Below, one piece after another: positions 12,946 through 25,975 of a DNA stretch of 64,000 bases; the first letter of the stretch is position 1; every line of letters begins with the position of its first letter. The stretch covers positions 1,005,379-1,069,378 of the forward strand of contig NW_003314324.1 in NCBI RefSeq assembly GCF_000143415.4, given 5' to 3'. This stretch comes from Selaginella moellendorffii (taxonomy: Eukaryota > Plantae > Lycopodiophyta). The notes under the pieces are model-generated. The model made no database searches. It was not told the DNA's origin and saw only the letters and a list, made by a program, of their open reading frames with translations. The translations under genes and the position numbers were made by a program.

Positions 12946-13164
12946 ACTTGATTTTTTTTTTCTCTTTGACTATTTGAATTTCTTATTATCTTTATTTAGT
13001 TTGACTAAAAAAAAAATTCTCTTGCAGAAAAGGAAAATTGTACCACATAAAAAGGTTGTTAGAGCTAAGAAGACATAAGAAGTTCATTTTGGCACTGATG
13101 ACGATATCACAATCAACATATCTATTAGCACATCAACAAAGACGCATTTACTTAAAGATCCATT

Positions 13165-13390
13165 GCCTCTACCACCATCACCTCCACCACTGCCACCATC
13201 ACCTCCACCACTGCCATCACACCTCCACCACCCTCATCACCACCTCCACTACCCCCATCACCACCTCCACCACCACCACCACCGCCATCGCCACCACTGC
13301 CATTACCACCGCCACCACCATTGCCACTATTGCCTCTGCCCCAGCTGCCACCACCACCACCCCCACCATTACCATTGCCACCTCTACCTT
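13165..13390. repeat. Degenerate (CCA)n low-complexity tract
   Basis: Imperfect CCA/CCT trinucleotide run giving poly-Pro, poly-His or poly-Thr in the three plus frames. Confidence 0.9.
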
Positions 13391-13849
13391 TACTCCTCAC
13401 TGGCCCACCACTAATATAAATCCCTGAAGTTGGGCAATCTAGTGGTGTTCACGATAGGGAATTTAAGGAATAGCTTGGAGTTGAAAGAATTGCAGACTTT
13501 TTCCACAATGTGGTGGACAAGCACTTCCAAGAGACTATTATGTGGACAAGGGAAAAAGTAGTTCACCAAACACTTGAGGTGCTCAAGTGGCTAGGCTCTT
13601 ATGACTTGATCAAAGAAATTTCCCTTTGCTGTTTGCAGCAGACAAACCTTGTTCGCACAGCATCCAAATATATCAACCCAAACATATATAGCTTGTTCAA
13701 ACAAAATGGCCTTGCAATGAATATCGGTATGTTTCTAGTCTCTTTTTGCAAGCCAGAAAGAATGGAGATCATTACCGTCACACTCGAGATTGTGAATAGC
13801 TAGGATCTTATTTGGAGGAAGTCCAATTAAAGATCATGTTCAACATCAG

Positions 13850-15560
13850 TCACAAAAGGAGATTAAAATTTTATGCACAAATATCAATGAGATGTTAGAG
13901 AAAGGTGTTATTTGCAAGTCTTAAAATCTTTGGGTATGTGAACTATCTTGTGATAATCTTCATAGGAATATTCAATATTGTATTGACTATTATCTATTAA
14001 ATGATGTGACTATCCTATATATGTACCTATTCCACACACTATCAATCTTTTAGATCATGTAAGGAGAAGTCATTTATTCATCAAGTTAGATCTTTCTTTT
14101 AGATACTAGCAAATGCTAATAGCAAAGGAGGATATTCTTAAAATTGTTTTTTATACACAATTTAGTATTTGTACGAGTTTTAGTGATGCCATTTAATTTG
14201 AAAATGCTTTAATGACTTTCTAGCATATGATGAATGAGGTTCTTTTTGATATGCTGAAAGTGACTGCTAACTTTATTAATGATGACATGATCCACTCAAA
14301 AGGGACATTTATGAAAAGTTGGTTTTAAGCTAAAGTGGTCAAAGTGTGATAAAGAGTGAAGATTGTTGAAGTAAGAGTGAAATATATTCTAGATGAATTG
14401 ATGTTAAATGAACCCTCTGATAGTACTCTGAAAGAAGGATAAAAGGGTCACTAGTTTATTCACATAAAGACTCTTCATTATTTATACAACTTCTTATTTC
14501 TTGAAAGAACTATCTATCAAGACCTTCCATTGTAATAGCACTAACAGAATATTATTAATGCTAAGGCCTTCACATAGAAAATAGAGCATACAAATTTAGA
14601 AGATGTCAACAACATTAATATATATGGCAAATCTCATCACATACCCAACAATAAATATTATGGCTATAACCATGTCTTTGCCTTTATTTTTGGGCAACAC
14701 CAGTGTCTATCTCTATCAAAACAAGAGCATGTGGAGTTGAAACACATATAATTATAAATGGGAAAAGTGGTATTTTATAATATTGTGCTAATCAAAGAGT
14801 ATTGTCAAGAGTGGTAAGGGCAACTGCATTCATAAGTGCTAATCACAATATGCTCAACTTAATGATATATTTAGCTTTGCATAAAGTAAAAGGTTTCAAA
14901 AGCAAATATCAAATTGCATACTTGACATAGACAGCCCCTAATAAAAATGATGCAATTGCTAAAATGCATCATTAGAGTTGTTAGCATGCCTAAATACATA
15001 CTTGAAGACTTCTAAAAGAAAACTTCAATTCACATAAATGGCTATATTTAAACTATTCTACCACTCTAGTGTTGTCCTTTAAGACATGTGGGAAATTCAT
15101 GCAAATACTGGGCATCATCCCAAGAATAATAAATGGCAATTATTATAAAGTGATAGAATTAATAATATACATTCCTAAGGAAGAAATTTGGCCAAACATG
15201 AGGATTAATAATAGAAGCTAAACCATGTGTCATGAATACCACTATCAATTAAGCTTAAGTATTCAATTGCAACTATATAACATCAAATAACTACACCTAT
15301 TGTTACTCCAGAGTCAAAGGAAGAGAAGAGATTGCAAATGAGTATATTACTTTGCTACTAGATTTAAATTGAAAACACAAATCCAAACACTCCTTAAGGA
15401 TAATCAAAGTTGCCCCCTCACTTCTATCAATGTCAATATATGAAATATAAAAATGTGTATATTTAATTAGCCCAAAAACCTTAACTTATATATAGGAGTG
15501 AGTGTTCTAAATTGAAATCAATCTAATAGCTATCAAAATTCTATTACACTAATAAATACA
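13850..15560. mobile_element. Rearranged, AT-eroded remnant of the short-LTR Gypsy family (RT on plus strand, gag and LTR on minus strand)
   Basis: 13850-14345 is collinear with RT at about 22480-23020. About 14400-14480 is the reverse complement of 21750-21840. 15460-15550 is the reverse complement of the LTR core. Confidence 0.78.
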
Positions 15561-16100
15561 CATAATTTACCTTATTATTAGTTCTCTCAATAAAATAAAA
15601 TAAAGAAAAAATACTATTGTGAGTATAATCTACATATTCCAATTTAGCTATAATACTAAAGAGAATGAATAAAACAAGAAAGAAAATATAAGAAGGAACA
15701 TAAAGATAAAAAATACAATGAGGAAAAACTTAAACCAATCCTAGGTTATATACTTATAAATTATAGCCATTGCTAATTATAAAATTATAGACAACATCTA
15801 CTATGGGGTAGCCACGTAAGTGCTGGTTCTCCTAGTCTTTTCGAATTCCATGCTTGCCTATTACAACAAGAATAATGAATTTGGACAAGCTATATAACTG
15901 TTTAATTTGGTGCCCAGCAGAGATCTGCAACCTGGAACTCTGTGCTTATGTAAGTGGAGATCACCACTAAAAGTGGCATCGGCCCAAGAAGCTCGACCTG
16001 GTGAAGAAGTAGAAAGCTTTCCTTCCTGGAGTCCACCGGCAATTCCTTCTTCGAGACCATGGCGTTGTTGATCAAAACAAGCTTGACGTCGGCCATAAGA

Positions 16101-19100
16101 CTAAGATGGTTGAGGAGATTTTACCTTTGAGCACTCAACGGCCTCAAGCGCAAGCTTCCACTGCTTGTCCACAAGCTTCCACCGCGCCACGTCCTTGATG
16201 TCACAGCGTCCCACAACTTGCTCAAAGAACAGACCCTTAGGAAGCTCGTAAGGTAGCTTTTCCATTAGACTGCGGATGGTTGCATCCCTGTTCTGCATCT
16301 CTTCTTGCAACCTGGTTACCTTTGCCTCAAAGGCACCTCGTGCGGCGTTGTTGTTGTTTACCGCCATCTTCTCTGCAAGAGCTTCCACTTTCCTGTCAAA
16401 AACACAGTGTCATAATCAAGTTGTGGAGTTCACGCGAGTGTATCACCTGCGATCGTCTTCCTGTTGCGTGACGAGCTTGTCCAGCTCACGACGGACAATT
16501 GATAAGCCTTCAAACACGAGGCAGACAGACAGTTTCCCATCGATAACACTTATGCCACAGGCGGGAGGAACTTCAAAGATTCTTTTCACAACCTGCAAAT
16601 CACAGTGAGAACACCGACCAGAAAACAGGAGCTTACTTGCCTTCACAGAAGAAAGCTTCGCCAGCGTTAAAACTTCCAAAACTTTGGAGTTGAAGAGCCC
16701 CGCCCGGTCCTCGTCTTCAGTAACAAGGTAACACTCTGGCCTGGCATCCGCATAGCGCGTCAAGAATACAATGGGCTACAAAGGACGACGAATGCAAACC
16801 TTTGCCTTGGCTTCAGCTCTGCAGCTGCATGAAGACTCCGTGCTGTCTTTACGACGGAGCTTATAAGCTCCATCTCCTTCTCAACTTCGTGATTGCTCCA
16901 CCCCTGAAGACAAAGGAAAAGAACAACGTTAGGTAGTGTCAAAAGAATCATGGTTTTTACCGGCTTCTCTGTGGGATAGCTTGCGGTCATAATCGAAGAC
17001 CGCTCTTCACTCTTTTTCTTGTGAGGTAGCCTCTGCCACAGCTCTTCGGTAATGAACGGCATAAACGGGTGCAGCATGCGTAATCCCGAATCCAGACAAA
17101 TATATAGAGTGGACCTCGTAGCAGCTTTACCATCCTCCCCCAGCTCCTCGGAAGATAGAAGCGGCTTCACTAGCTCGATAAAGACGTCGCACAGAGAGTA
17201 TTGCCACCACGAATAAACTGCGCTTGAGGCTCCAGATAAATCATATCTAGCAAAACTCTTGTTGATCTTGCAGACTATGTCGTTCAAGGAGGACAAAATC
17301 CATTTGCAGGACCAGGGAAGCGAGGATATGTCGAGATCTTCCTCTGGCTCAAAGCCGTCATGAAAGTTGAGTCTCACAAAACGGACAGCATTCCACAACT
17401 TGTTGCACCACTGGCGGTAGCCAAGAAACCGCTGGATGTTCAAGTTCATGTTCTCGGCCTGCAAAACAGGATGGCGTCAAACAACAAGATGCAAGAAAAC
17501 CATACCTGTGCTGTATAGGCGATAAGTCCAAACCGCAGAGCGTCGACTCCACACTCGGGGATCCCTCGAGGAAAATCTTTGTGGAGCCCCTCAGTGGCTT
17601 GTTTGAGCTCTGACGGTTGCAGGTTGAGCAGAGCTAACTTGGCCACTAAATCATCCAAAGATATCCCGGATATCACGTCAAGAGGATCAATCACGTTTCC
17701 CAGGGACTTGGACATCTTGCGCTTGTGAGCATCCCTCACCATCCCGTGCAGCAAAACCTGCATACCAACGTTTCCCATTTGTCCAACGAAAACTGCTAAA
17801 ACATACCGTTTTGAAAGGAAGCTGGCCGGTCAGCTGTGTCCCCAGCATCACCATCCGCGCCACCCAGAAAAACAATATATCATGTCCCGTCTCCAAAACT
17901 GTTGTGGGATAAAAGGCAGCGTAGTCGGCTGTAGAATCAGGCCATCCAAGCGAGGAGAATGGGAAAAGTCCCGATGAAAACCACGTATCAAGAACATCGG
18001 GGTCATGCTGCAACTTGAACGTAGCACCCGGAAATCTTTGCTTGATCTCTGCATCTGCAGCCTGTTCGGAGTCTGCAACCGCCCAGTGATCATCGTAGAT
18101 TCCAAACGTCTGATCTTCGTTCGCGTCCAATACGGCATACCAGGCGGGTATCCTGTGTCCCCACCAAAGCTGGCGAGATACACACCAGTCTTCAATATTT
18201 TCCAGCCACCTTCACAACAAAACATGACAAATAAGAACGCGCAAAAAGAGAAGGAACTTGCCTGAACCAGATGTCTGCAAAAGACGACGGAACAATCTGA
18301 AGCTCGTTGTTTCTCAAGGCCTCACAGGCTCGCGCAGCCATTTCCTTGCAATCCACGTACCACTGAGGCTTCATCATCGGCTCCAGCACATCGCTTGACC
18401 TTGAACAAATGGCAAGAGGCTTCTTGTGAGGAAACTTCCCTCGGAAAAGTTTCTGGAGTTACCAATCCTTAGAGTTCATTAAAGTTACCAAAACCAAGCT
18501 TTCTTTTACCTTGCGTTCTAAAGCTTCCAAAACTCGTTCCCGAGCAATGTAGCGCTTGAGGCCCTCAAATTCATGGCCGCCATTCTCGTTGATCCTTCCA
18601 TCGTCCGTGAGGATGTTGATAAACTCAAGACCGTGCCTCTTTCCTCTTTCGAAATCCTTTTCATCGTGTGCCGGAGTAATCTGCAAAAAGAGAATGGCAT
18701 CACGTAGTATAAGAAAGAAAAAACCACATACCTTTACAGCTCCAGTACCTTCATTTATCTTCACTGTCGAGTCCTTTATGACGGGAATCCTTCTCCCGTT
18801 GAACGGATGAACGAGGAACTTCCCGTGAAGATGTGCAAATCTCGGATCGTCTGGGTGAACAGCAACAGCGGTGTCTCCAAACATGGTTTCCGGTCGCGTG
18901 GTGGCAACCACAATCTCTTCAGAGCTGCCCTCCACCGGATACGCAAAATGAAACATCCAACCAAATGGGACTTTCTTGTCATAGCCGGGTACCGACAGCG
19001 ATGTAGCCTCAACGTCTCCTGTGTGCTCAACTTCAATGTCCGAGATGGCAGTCTTGAGAGAGCAGTCCCACTTGACCATGCGGTTGGCCCTAAGACAAGA

Positions 19101-19902
19101 AAAACGTAGTCAATCACTCACGTTGATGTACACATACCTGTAAATCAGTCCCGCTTTATATAACCGCACAAAAGCTTCAGTTACAGCGCGTGACCTCTGC
19201 AGATCCATTGTGAAGCACTGTCCGGAAGAACAATTAATTGCGAGATGGTAAAAAAGGGAGGGGAAAAAAAGCTTGTAAACCTCTCGAGACCAATCTAGCG
19301 ATGCTCCCATTGTCCGGAGTTGAGAACAAATGGCTCCTCCATACTCTGTCTTCCACTCCCAAACTTTCTCGACAAACGCATCTCTCCCGAGATCATGCCG
19401 GGTAAGATTCTGCGTGGATGCGAGCTTCTTCTCGACCACCACCTGCGTAGCAATCCCTGCATGATCGACTCCAGGCAACCACAAAGTCACGCGGCCGCTC
19501 ATTCGGGAATGCCGGACAAGAGCATCCTAAATCACACACCAACACAAGAGTTACAAAAAATCGATGTTACACCAAAACCGGCTATACCTGCACAGACACG
19601 GTAAGAGCATGGCCGAGGTGCAAATGCCCCGTCACGTTTGGTGGTGGCAACACCTTCGCCACGAAGAAGGATGAGAGTTCACTACGAAGTAAAAACGTTT
19701 ACATTTCTTCTACCATAACGAATTTTGGTTCAGTACTGGCCGCATCCGCTCCAAAGAATCCACACGCCTCCCACCAAGAATACCAGCTAAAGAAGAAGCG
19801 GATGAGATTGCTAAATGACCGAGACACTTACCCAGCCTGAACGTCCGCAGGATTGTAGCCCGGCTCCATTGTTGGATCCAGGCGCTTTTTTTCCGCCGCC
19901 AT
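16101..19902 (-). CDS. VARS: Valine--tRNA ligase (cytosolic type, divergent), multi-exon, with an in-frame C-terminal F-box-like extension
   Basis: ATG at 19902 ([18 protein letters not shown]). Motifs [13 protein letters not shown] (HIGH), [11 protein letters not shown], editing domain ATTRPET and [45 protein letters not shown], anticodon domain [16 protein letters not shown] and a coiled-coil arm. Short GT-AG introns. Confidence 0.93.
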
Positions 19903-19981
19903 TACCCAAAAGGGTATCGATTGATTCCAATGCGGCTGCTGCTGGTGGACGCGAAAGTCGCACGGCGCCACCCCACACAAA

Positions 19982-20009
19982 GAACCCTAATTTCAGGGTT
20001 TTAGGGTTT
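19982..20009 (-). promoter_or_regulatory. Telo-box (AAACCCTA) cluster upstream of ValRS
   Basis: AAACCCTAAAACCCTG on the minus strand plus an opposite AACCCTAA, about 80-105 bp upstream of the ATG. Telo-boxes are typical of plant translation-machinery genes. Confidence 0.6.
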
Positions 20010-20427
20010 GTTGGAGTGTAATTTTATTTTTCCTTTATTTTTTTAAAAACAACCTACACTAAAGCCATGGCATTGGAAGCCTCGTGGAACTCCCAGGATT
20101 TCTCTAGTATCTTGGCAATAAATAAGCTGTAATGATCAATTAAATCAATGGAGTTATGTGATTTTCTATTACCTTGGCTCCTTTGTTTTCAGCAAATGCC
20201 CTTTGAAACTTGTCATTTTTCTAATAGTATTTCTCAATTAAAATATCACTAATATTTTCATACATTATTGTCTTTTACAAGTGACTAGCATTGATATATT
20301 AAATTTTTAAATTCTGAATTAAGAAATATATCAAGATAAATATATACTTTAACATTTTTTGGTTGAGAAATAAATCACTATCATAAACTGAATCAAGGTG
20401 AAAAAAAATTACTTTGATATATTGGTT

Positions 20428-23400
20428 CGTGAGGGCCAAGTGTACAGCTACAATGCCCTATACTAATATTAGCATAGTGGGATTTTGGTAGCCGTCGGAT
20501 TGGTTTTAATCCGGACCACTCGCTTCTATATATAAACTAAAGTTTTTGGGTTAATTGATATGCACATTTTTTGTATTCCCTTTTCATATTCCAAACACTC
20601 ACATTGGTGGAGGTGAAGGGCACCTTTGATTGTCCCTGAGGAGTGCTTAGATTTGGGAATTTGGTTTAAATGTAGCTTTTGCATCGTTTAAATCTAGCTT
20701 TTTCCATTTCCTTTCTTTTGTTATTTCTTTTTAGGATTTTGGTTTAAATCTAGCTTTTTGCATTGTCTAAATTTACCATTTCTTTCTAGCTTTTTGTCAT
20801 TTCTCTTTTTTTGCTCTTTCTTTATTCGTCTTCATGGTAGATCAGCAATCTCCTCCTTTGACTTAGGAGTAGCAGTTGGTACAATTGCTTGATGCTATGT
20901 GCTTGCAATTGAACAATCAAACTTAGTTGATGGCGGTGTTCATGGCATGTGGTATAACTCTTCATACTCTTGGTGCGAATCTTCACATTCGGCTGGAGTT
21001 CTTTTGCATGAATCCTGGGGATGATGTGTACCATTGGTTCAATCACTTCATAGTGATTGCCATATATCATTTTTGGGATGATGCTCGACGTTTGTATGAG
21101 TTTCCCACGTGTCTCCAAGGGATGGTGTTGTAGTGGTACAATAGTTTGTGCGTAGCCACTCGTGGGGATTGGAGTGTTCTCCTGGACGTTTTTAAACGTG
21201 TCTTCGGACATGCCGACAACTGTGATGATGCCTTCCAACAATTGCATCATCTTCGCTAAGGGCCATCTGAGTCAATGATACAATTTGGCGTTCGTTTCCA
21301 AAATCTTTTGCTTCGTGCAGAGCCAAATATGTTGGAGCGGATCAAGTTAGGAATGTTGTGGCCAATACTTCATCACGATCTTGTCAGACTTGTGCATGCA
21401 CTTACTCCCGCCACCCTTGACGATGCTCTTCGCTTGGCACAACATTATGAGATATCGCCTCTTCCACTTCTTACTGCACGTCCTTCAGCTTTCACTTCTT
21501 ATGGGTGATGGTCTTGTTCCAATAGAGGTTGATGCTATTGCTGCTTAAGTCCAAGAACAAGGGCGAGGACGTGGTCGTGGCTGTGATGTTCGATATTAGG
21601 CGTGTGATGAAGTTGGTCATATTTATAGGTATTGTCGGCGTTTTCCGGATTGGTGACTTCCATTTCCTAGGTGGAGACCTTAGTGTTAGCAATGTCCTGT
21701 TAGTGCTGCTGCAGTGGAAGGTTTGGACACTGAGATGCATCCGGGAAATGAGGAGTTGCGCAAGTAATGGAGGGACCTTGCGCGAATAAGCCAATGACCC
21801 CTCCATCTTTCTTTCGGGAGTATCATCAAGGGGTTCACTCGGCATCGGTTCATCCAGTGTTTACTTTCCAAGTTCGTTTACATAACAAGAGGTCTTCTAT
21901 TCTCTCCGTGTTGGTTGATATAGGTTCAAGTTTATCTTCTATTGCTCAACTTATTGCCACTTGTGTCGTGTGACGGAACCAATTTTCATTCTTTATGGCA
22001 ATAGCAATACACATGCATGTGCACAGGATGAGGTAGACCTAGTTGTGCATATGGGTGATCTCGAGCTTGAGTTGCAGTTATTGCGAGTGGTGCCTAATTA
22101 AGCTTTTGACCTCATTCTTGGTATAGATTAGTTGCAGCACAATCATGCCAAATGTGATTTTGAGGCTTCTCCCCCTTGTCTCATACTTCCTTATGTTTCA
22201 TCCATTTCTTTCACTTCCGTACTTTTTTGTCCCTTTACTTTTACCTCTGCTTCCATTACTTTTGTTCCCCCACTATTTCCTCCTATATTTCTGTCTTGTT
22301 CTGCTTTTCCCTTTTCCGATCCCTCCGACGATCTTTGTGTTGCAGCAGTTGACTAACTCATGAAGGAGTATTCTGATTTATTTGAATTTGACTAATCATC
22401 TGGGGCCAAGATTGCCACACGTCATCCGATTCCAACCGGGGATGCTCGTCCAATCAATGTTCCTGTTCGTCATTAGTCACCCAAGGAAATCAAGATTTTA
22501 CATGCAAATGTCAAGAAGATGTTAGACAAGGGTGTTATTCAGAAGTCGCGGAGTCCTTGGGCATGTGAACCTCATCTTGTGACGAAGCCTAATGGGAGTA
22601 TTCATTTCTACATTGACTATTATCCGTTAAATGAAGTGATGATCCCAGATGTGTACCCTCTTCCTCACACTATTGATCTCTTGGATCGTCTGAGGCGAAG
22701 TCGTTGGTTCACCAAGCTAGATCTTACTTCTAGATACTGGCAAATACCCATGGCCGAAGAAGATATTCCTAAGATTGCTTTTTGTACACCATTTGGTTTG
22801 TACGAGTTTTTAGTGATACCGTTTAGTTTGAATAATGTTCCAACAACTTTCCAGTGGATGATGGATGAGGTTATTTGCGATATGCCGAAGGTGACTGCTA
22901 ACTTCATTGATGATGTCTTGATCCACTCGAAGGGGATGTGGAAGGAGCACGTTCGTGATGTTTGTAAAGTGTTGAATCAACTACGCAACGTTGGTTTAAA
23001 GTTGAAATGGTCGAAGTGCATGTTTGGGTCTAAGGACACACTTATCTTGGGTACCATATTTCTCAAAAGGATTTGCAAGTTGATCCTGACAAACTTATGG
23101 CTATTCTAAAGTTCCTTACTTCAAAGTGTGTGAATGATGTGCAGTGCTTCCTTGGCAAGGTGTAGTATCTCGGTCATTTTGTGGATCATCTTTCTGATTG
23201 CACTACACCATTGTGAGCATTGTTGAAGTCATTAATGTCATCTTTCATCTAGTCTCCGGATTGTGAGTGGGCGTTCGTGGATCTCAAAGAGTTATTGATG
23301 ACTCCTCTGGTTTTGGCATATCCTGACTACACTCGATCTTTTATTTTGCGTGTGGATGCTTCTGACATTGGTCTTGGAGGTGTGTTGATGCAAGAGAGCT

Positions 23401-24983
23401 CGAGTGTGTCTGGTTAGTGCCATCCCATTGCGTATATAAGCCATACATTACAGCCAGCGGAGATGAATTACTCCACGACAGAGAAGGAGTGTTTAGCAGC
23501 AGTCTAGGGTTTCTACTTCATGCATATCTACATGGTTCTCGGACGCTACTTGAAGGTGACCATGTTGTTGTTACTTCATTATAGAAGCGGAAGAACCTGA
23601 TTGGTTGTACTGCTCGATGGGCTTTGAAGCTCTAGATATATGATTTTGATGTTGTTCATCGCCCAGAGAGTTCTATGGCTGATGTTGATGCCCTTTCTTG
23701 AGCTCCTCTTCCTTCTCCACTCTCTTCTCATGTTTTTGACAAGCCTGTTATTCCAGTATCTGTGAATTTTCTAGACAAGGATTCTATATCATTGGCAATT
23801 GTTGTACTTGATGTTCAATGTCCACAAGGCACAGAGCAAGATCTCCCTTCTCTTGATGAGGTTTGCAAGGCTCAAAAGATTGAGCCGTGGATTCGAAAGC
23901 TTTGAGATGGGTTTGAGAATCCTGCATCACTTGCTGTTGGGTGGAAGTTGGTGCTCTTGCTAGTGCCTTTGGAACTACTGTTGGATACTTCCTCCTCAAT
24001 CAATTGGTGTTCCAGCATTTTTGTCCAGAGCGGATTCTTTCGGATAATGGTCCCATATTTATGGCTGAGGCATTTCATGTTTTAACGTCTCGGTTGGGGA
24101 AACACCACACTTTCACGAGTGCTTATCATCCACAATCAAATGGTCTGGTGGAACGGCTCGTTCGGACATTCAAAGGGATGATTACAAAGTATGTGAACTT
24201 TCAGCATTTGGATTGAGATGGTTATTTGCCATCTGTTCGGTATGCATATGTCACAGGAGTGCAAAGTTCTATTGGTGCTTCACTATATAAACTCATGATC
24301 CAATATTACCAACAAAGCTGGGTTTACCTTTGCGATTGCCACAAGCTGCAAATGCTAAGTCGTGGGATTAGTATTTGACAAGCATTCTTCCACTTGTCTG
24401 AGTAGAGTCTGCTAAACATTTAGGCCGTGTATAAGTGGAACAACAACGGCACTACAACTCCCATCATTGTCCACCTGTGAAGGACAAAGTAGATGATTTA
24501 GTGTTAGTCAATTTTCCCCATTTTACAGCACGTGGTTTATCTAAGGGGCTCTTTGCACAGTGGAAAGGACCGTATCAGGTGTTGTGGCAAGTTGGACCGC
24601 AAGTTTATGAGGTTCGGCATGACGTCCAGTAGGCTAATCCTCCAGAGATTGTGCATGTGCAGCAGTTAAAATATTTCATACAAAGGGATTATGAGCAATT
24701 AATACCATCTACAGATCTATCGATGCCTTCTCCTAACGTTCCTTTAGATCCCAACCATTTACAAGAGAACCCTAATGGTCTTTCATTATTCCGAAAGGAG
24801 GGGATGATGTGAAGGCCAAGTGTACAGCTATGATGCCATATACTAATATTAGCATAATGGAATTTTGGTAACTGTTAGATTGGTTTCAATTTGGACCACT
24901 CGCTCCTGTATATAAGCTAGGGTTTTTGGGTTAATTGATATGCATATTTTTTGTATTCCCTTTCCATATTCCAAGCACTCATA
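20428..24983 (+). mobile_element. Two-LTR degenerate Ty3/Gypsy non-chromovirus with 176-bp LTRs and a tRNA-Ala-like PBS
   Basis: LTRs at 20428-20603 and 24808-24983. PBS TGGTGGAGGTG. PPT AAAGGAGGGG. RT SPWACEPHLVTKPNG..FIDDVLIHS, RNase H, integrase ILSDNG..AYHPQSNGLVER and WKGPY. No chromodomain seen. Stops and an internal integrase deletion near 23925. Confidence 0.9.
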
Positions 24984-25975
24984 GTTTGAATTTTTATAAT
25001 TTAACTATTTGCATTTAAAGATTATAGGTAAGAATTATTTTATACATCAATATTCATACTTAAAAAAATATAAAACTTTAATCATTATTAAATTAAATTC
25101 TTTAAAAAATAAATAATTTAAATAAAATAATTTATAAACATTTTTAAAAATTAATATAATTTATTTATTTATTATTTGTAGGTTATATGTAAAAGATACT
25201 AAAATTAAAGCCTACTTAGATAAAAGATCATAATAAAAAACATAATAAATTTTATATTGATTTATGCTAACATTTGAATTTTAACAAAATTAATATTAAG
25301 CGGCAGTACTACAATATTTTAAATCTTTTGAAATAAAAGTTAAATTTAAAGTTTAAGACACTTTTACTTTACTTTAAAATTTCTTTCAACAATATGTTTT
25401 TGAATTTGGTAGTCTAAATAATTAAAATATTTTAATCACATTTTATTTAAATTTAACCTATTTATTATATTTAAATTATTTACTTCCCTCTTTCTTTTTT
25501 CACTGAGTATCTCTAGGAATATAACATTTAATTCTAAAGTAGTTAAATTTATTGAAATAACTATATTATAAAATTTATTTATTTAAAGCCTAAAATAAAT
25601 AATATTTTTTGATATACTAAAAAATATATGTTTAATAATAATGAAATAATTAATTTGAAATTTTATTTATAAAATTATTTAAGTCCATCGTATATGATCA
25701 TATTTATTTTTTTCATCAAATTTGCTGGATCCTCCACTATATTTTTAGATCTAAGTTTTAACATATATTTAATTGAAAATTTGAACATGTTTGTTTTATT
25801 ATTTAGATTCAAAAAATGATAAGGAAAACATAATATTTTATACTTAACATCCTATAAAGCTTATCAATAAGTTGATATATATATAACTTGTCTATGCTAT
25901 TTTAACACGTAATGATTATTTGGTCATTAATTACTATGTGTTATTTTTTCTCTTTTTTTTCAAAACTTTTTATGC

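Noticed and set aside
13038-13427. Extensin, His-rich or Gly-rich protein gene
   Set aside because: All frames are open because of the CCA repeat, and there is no supporting gene structure.
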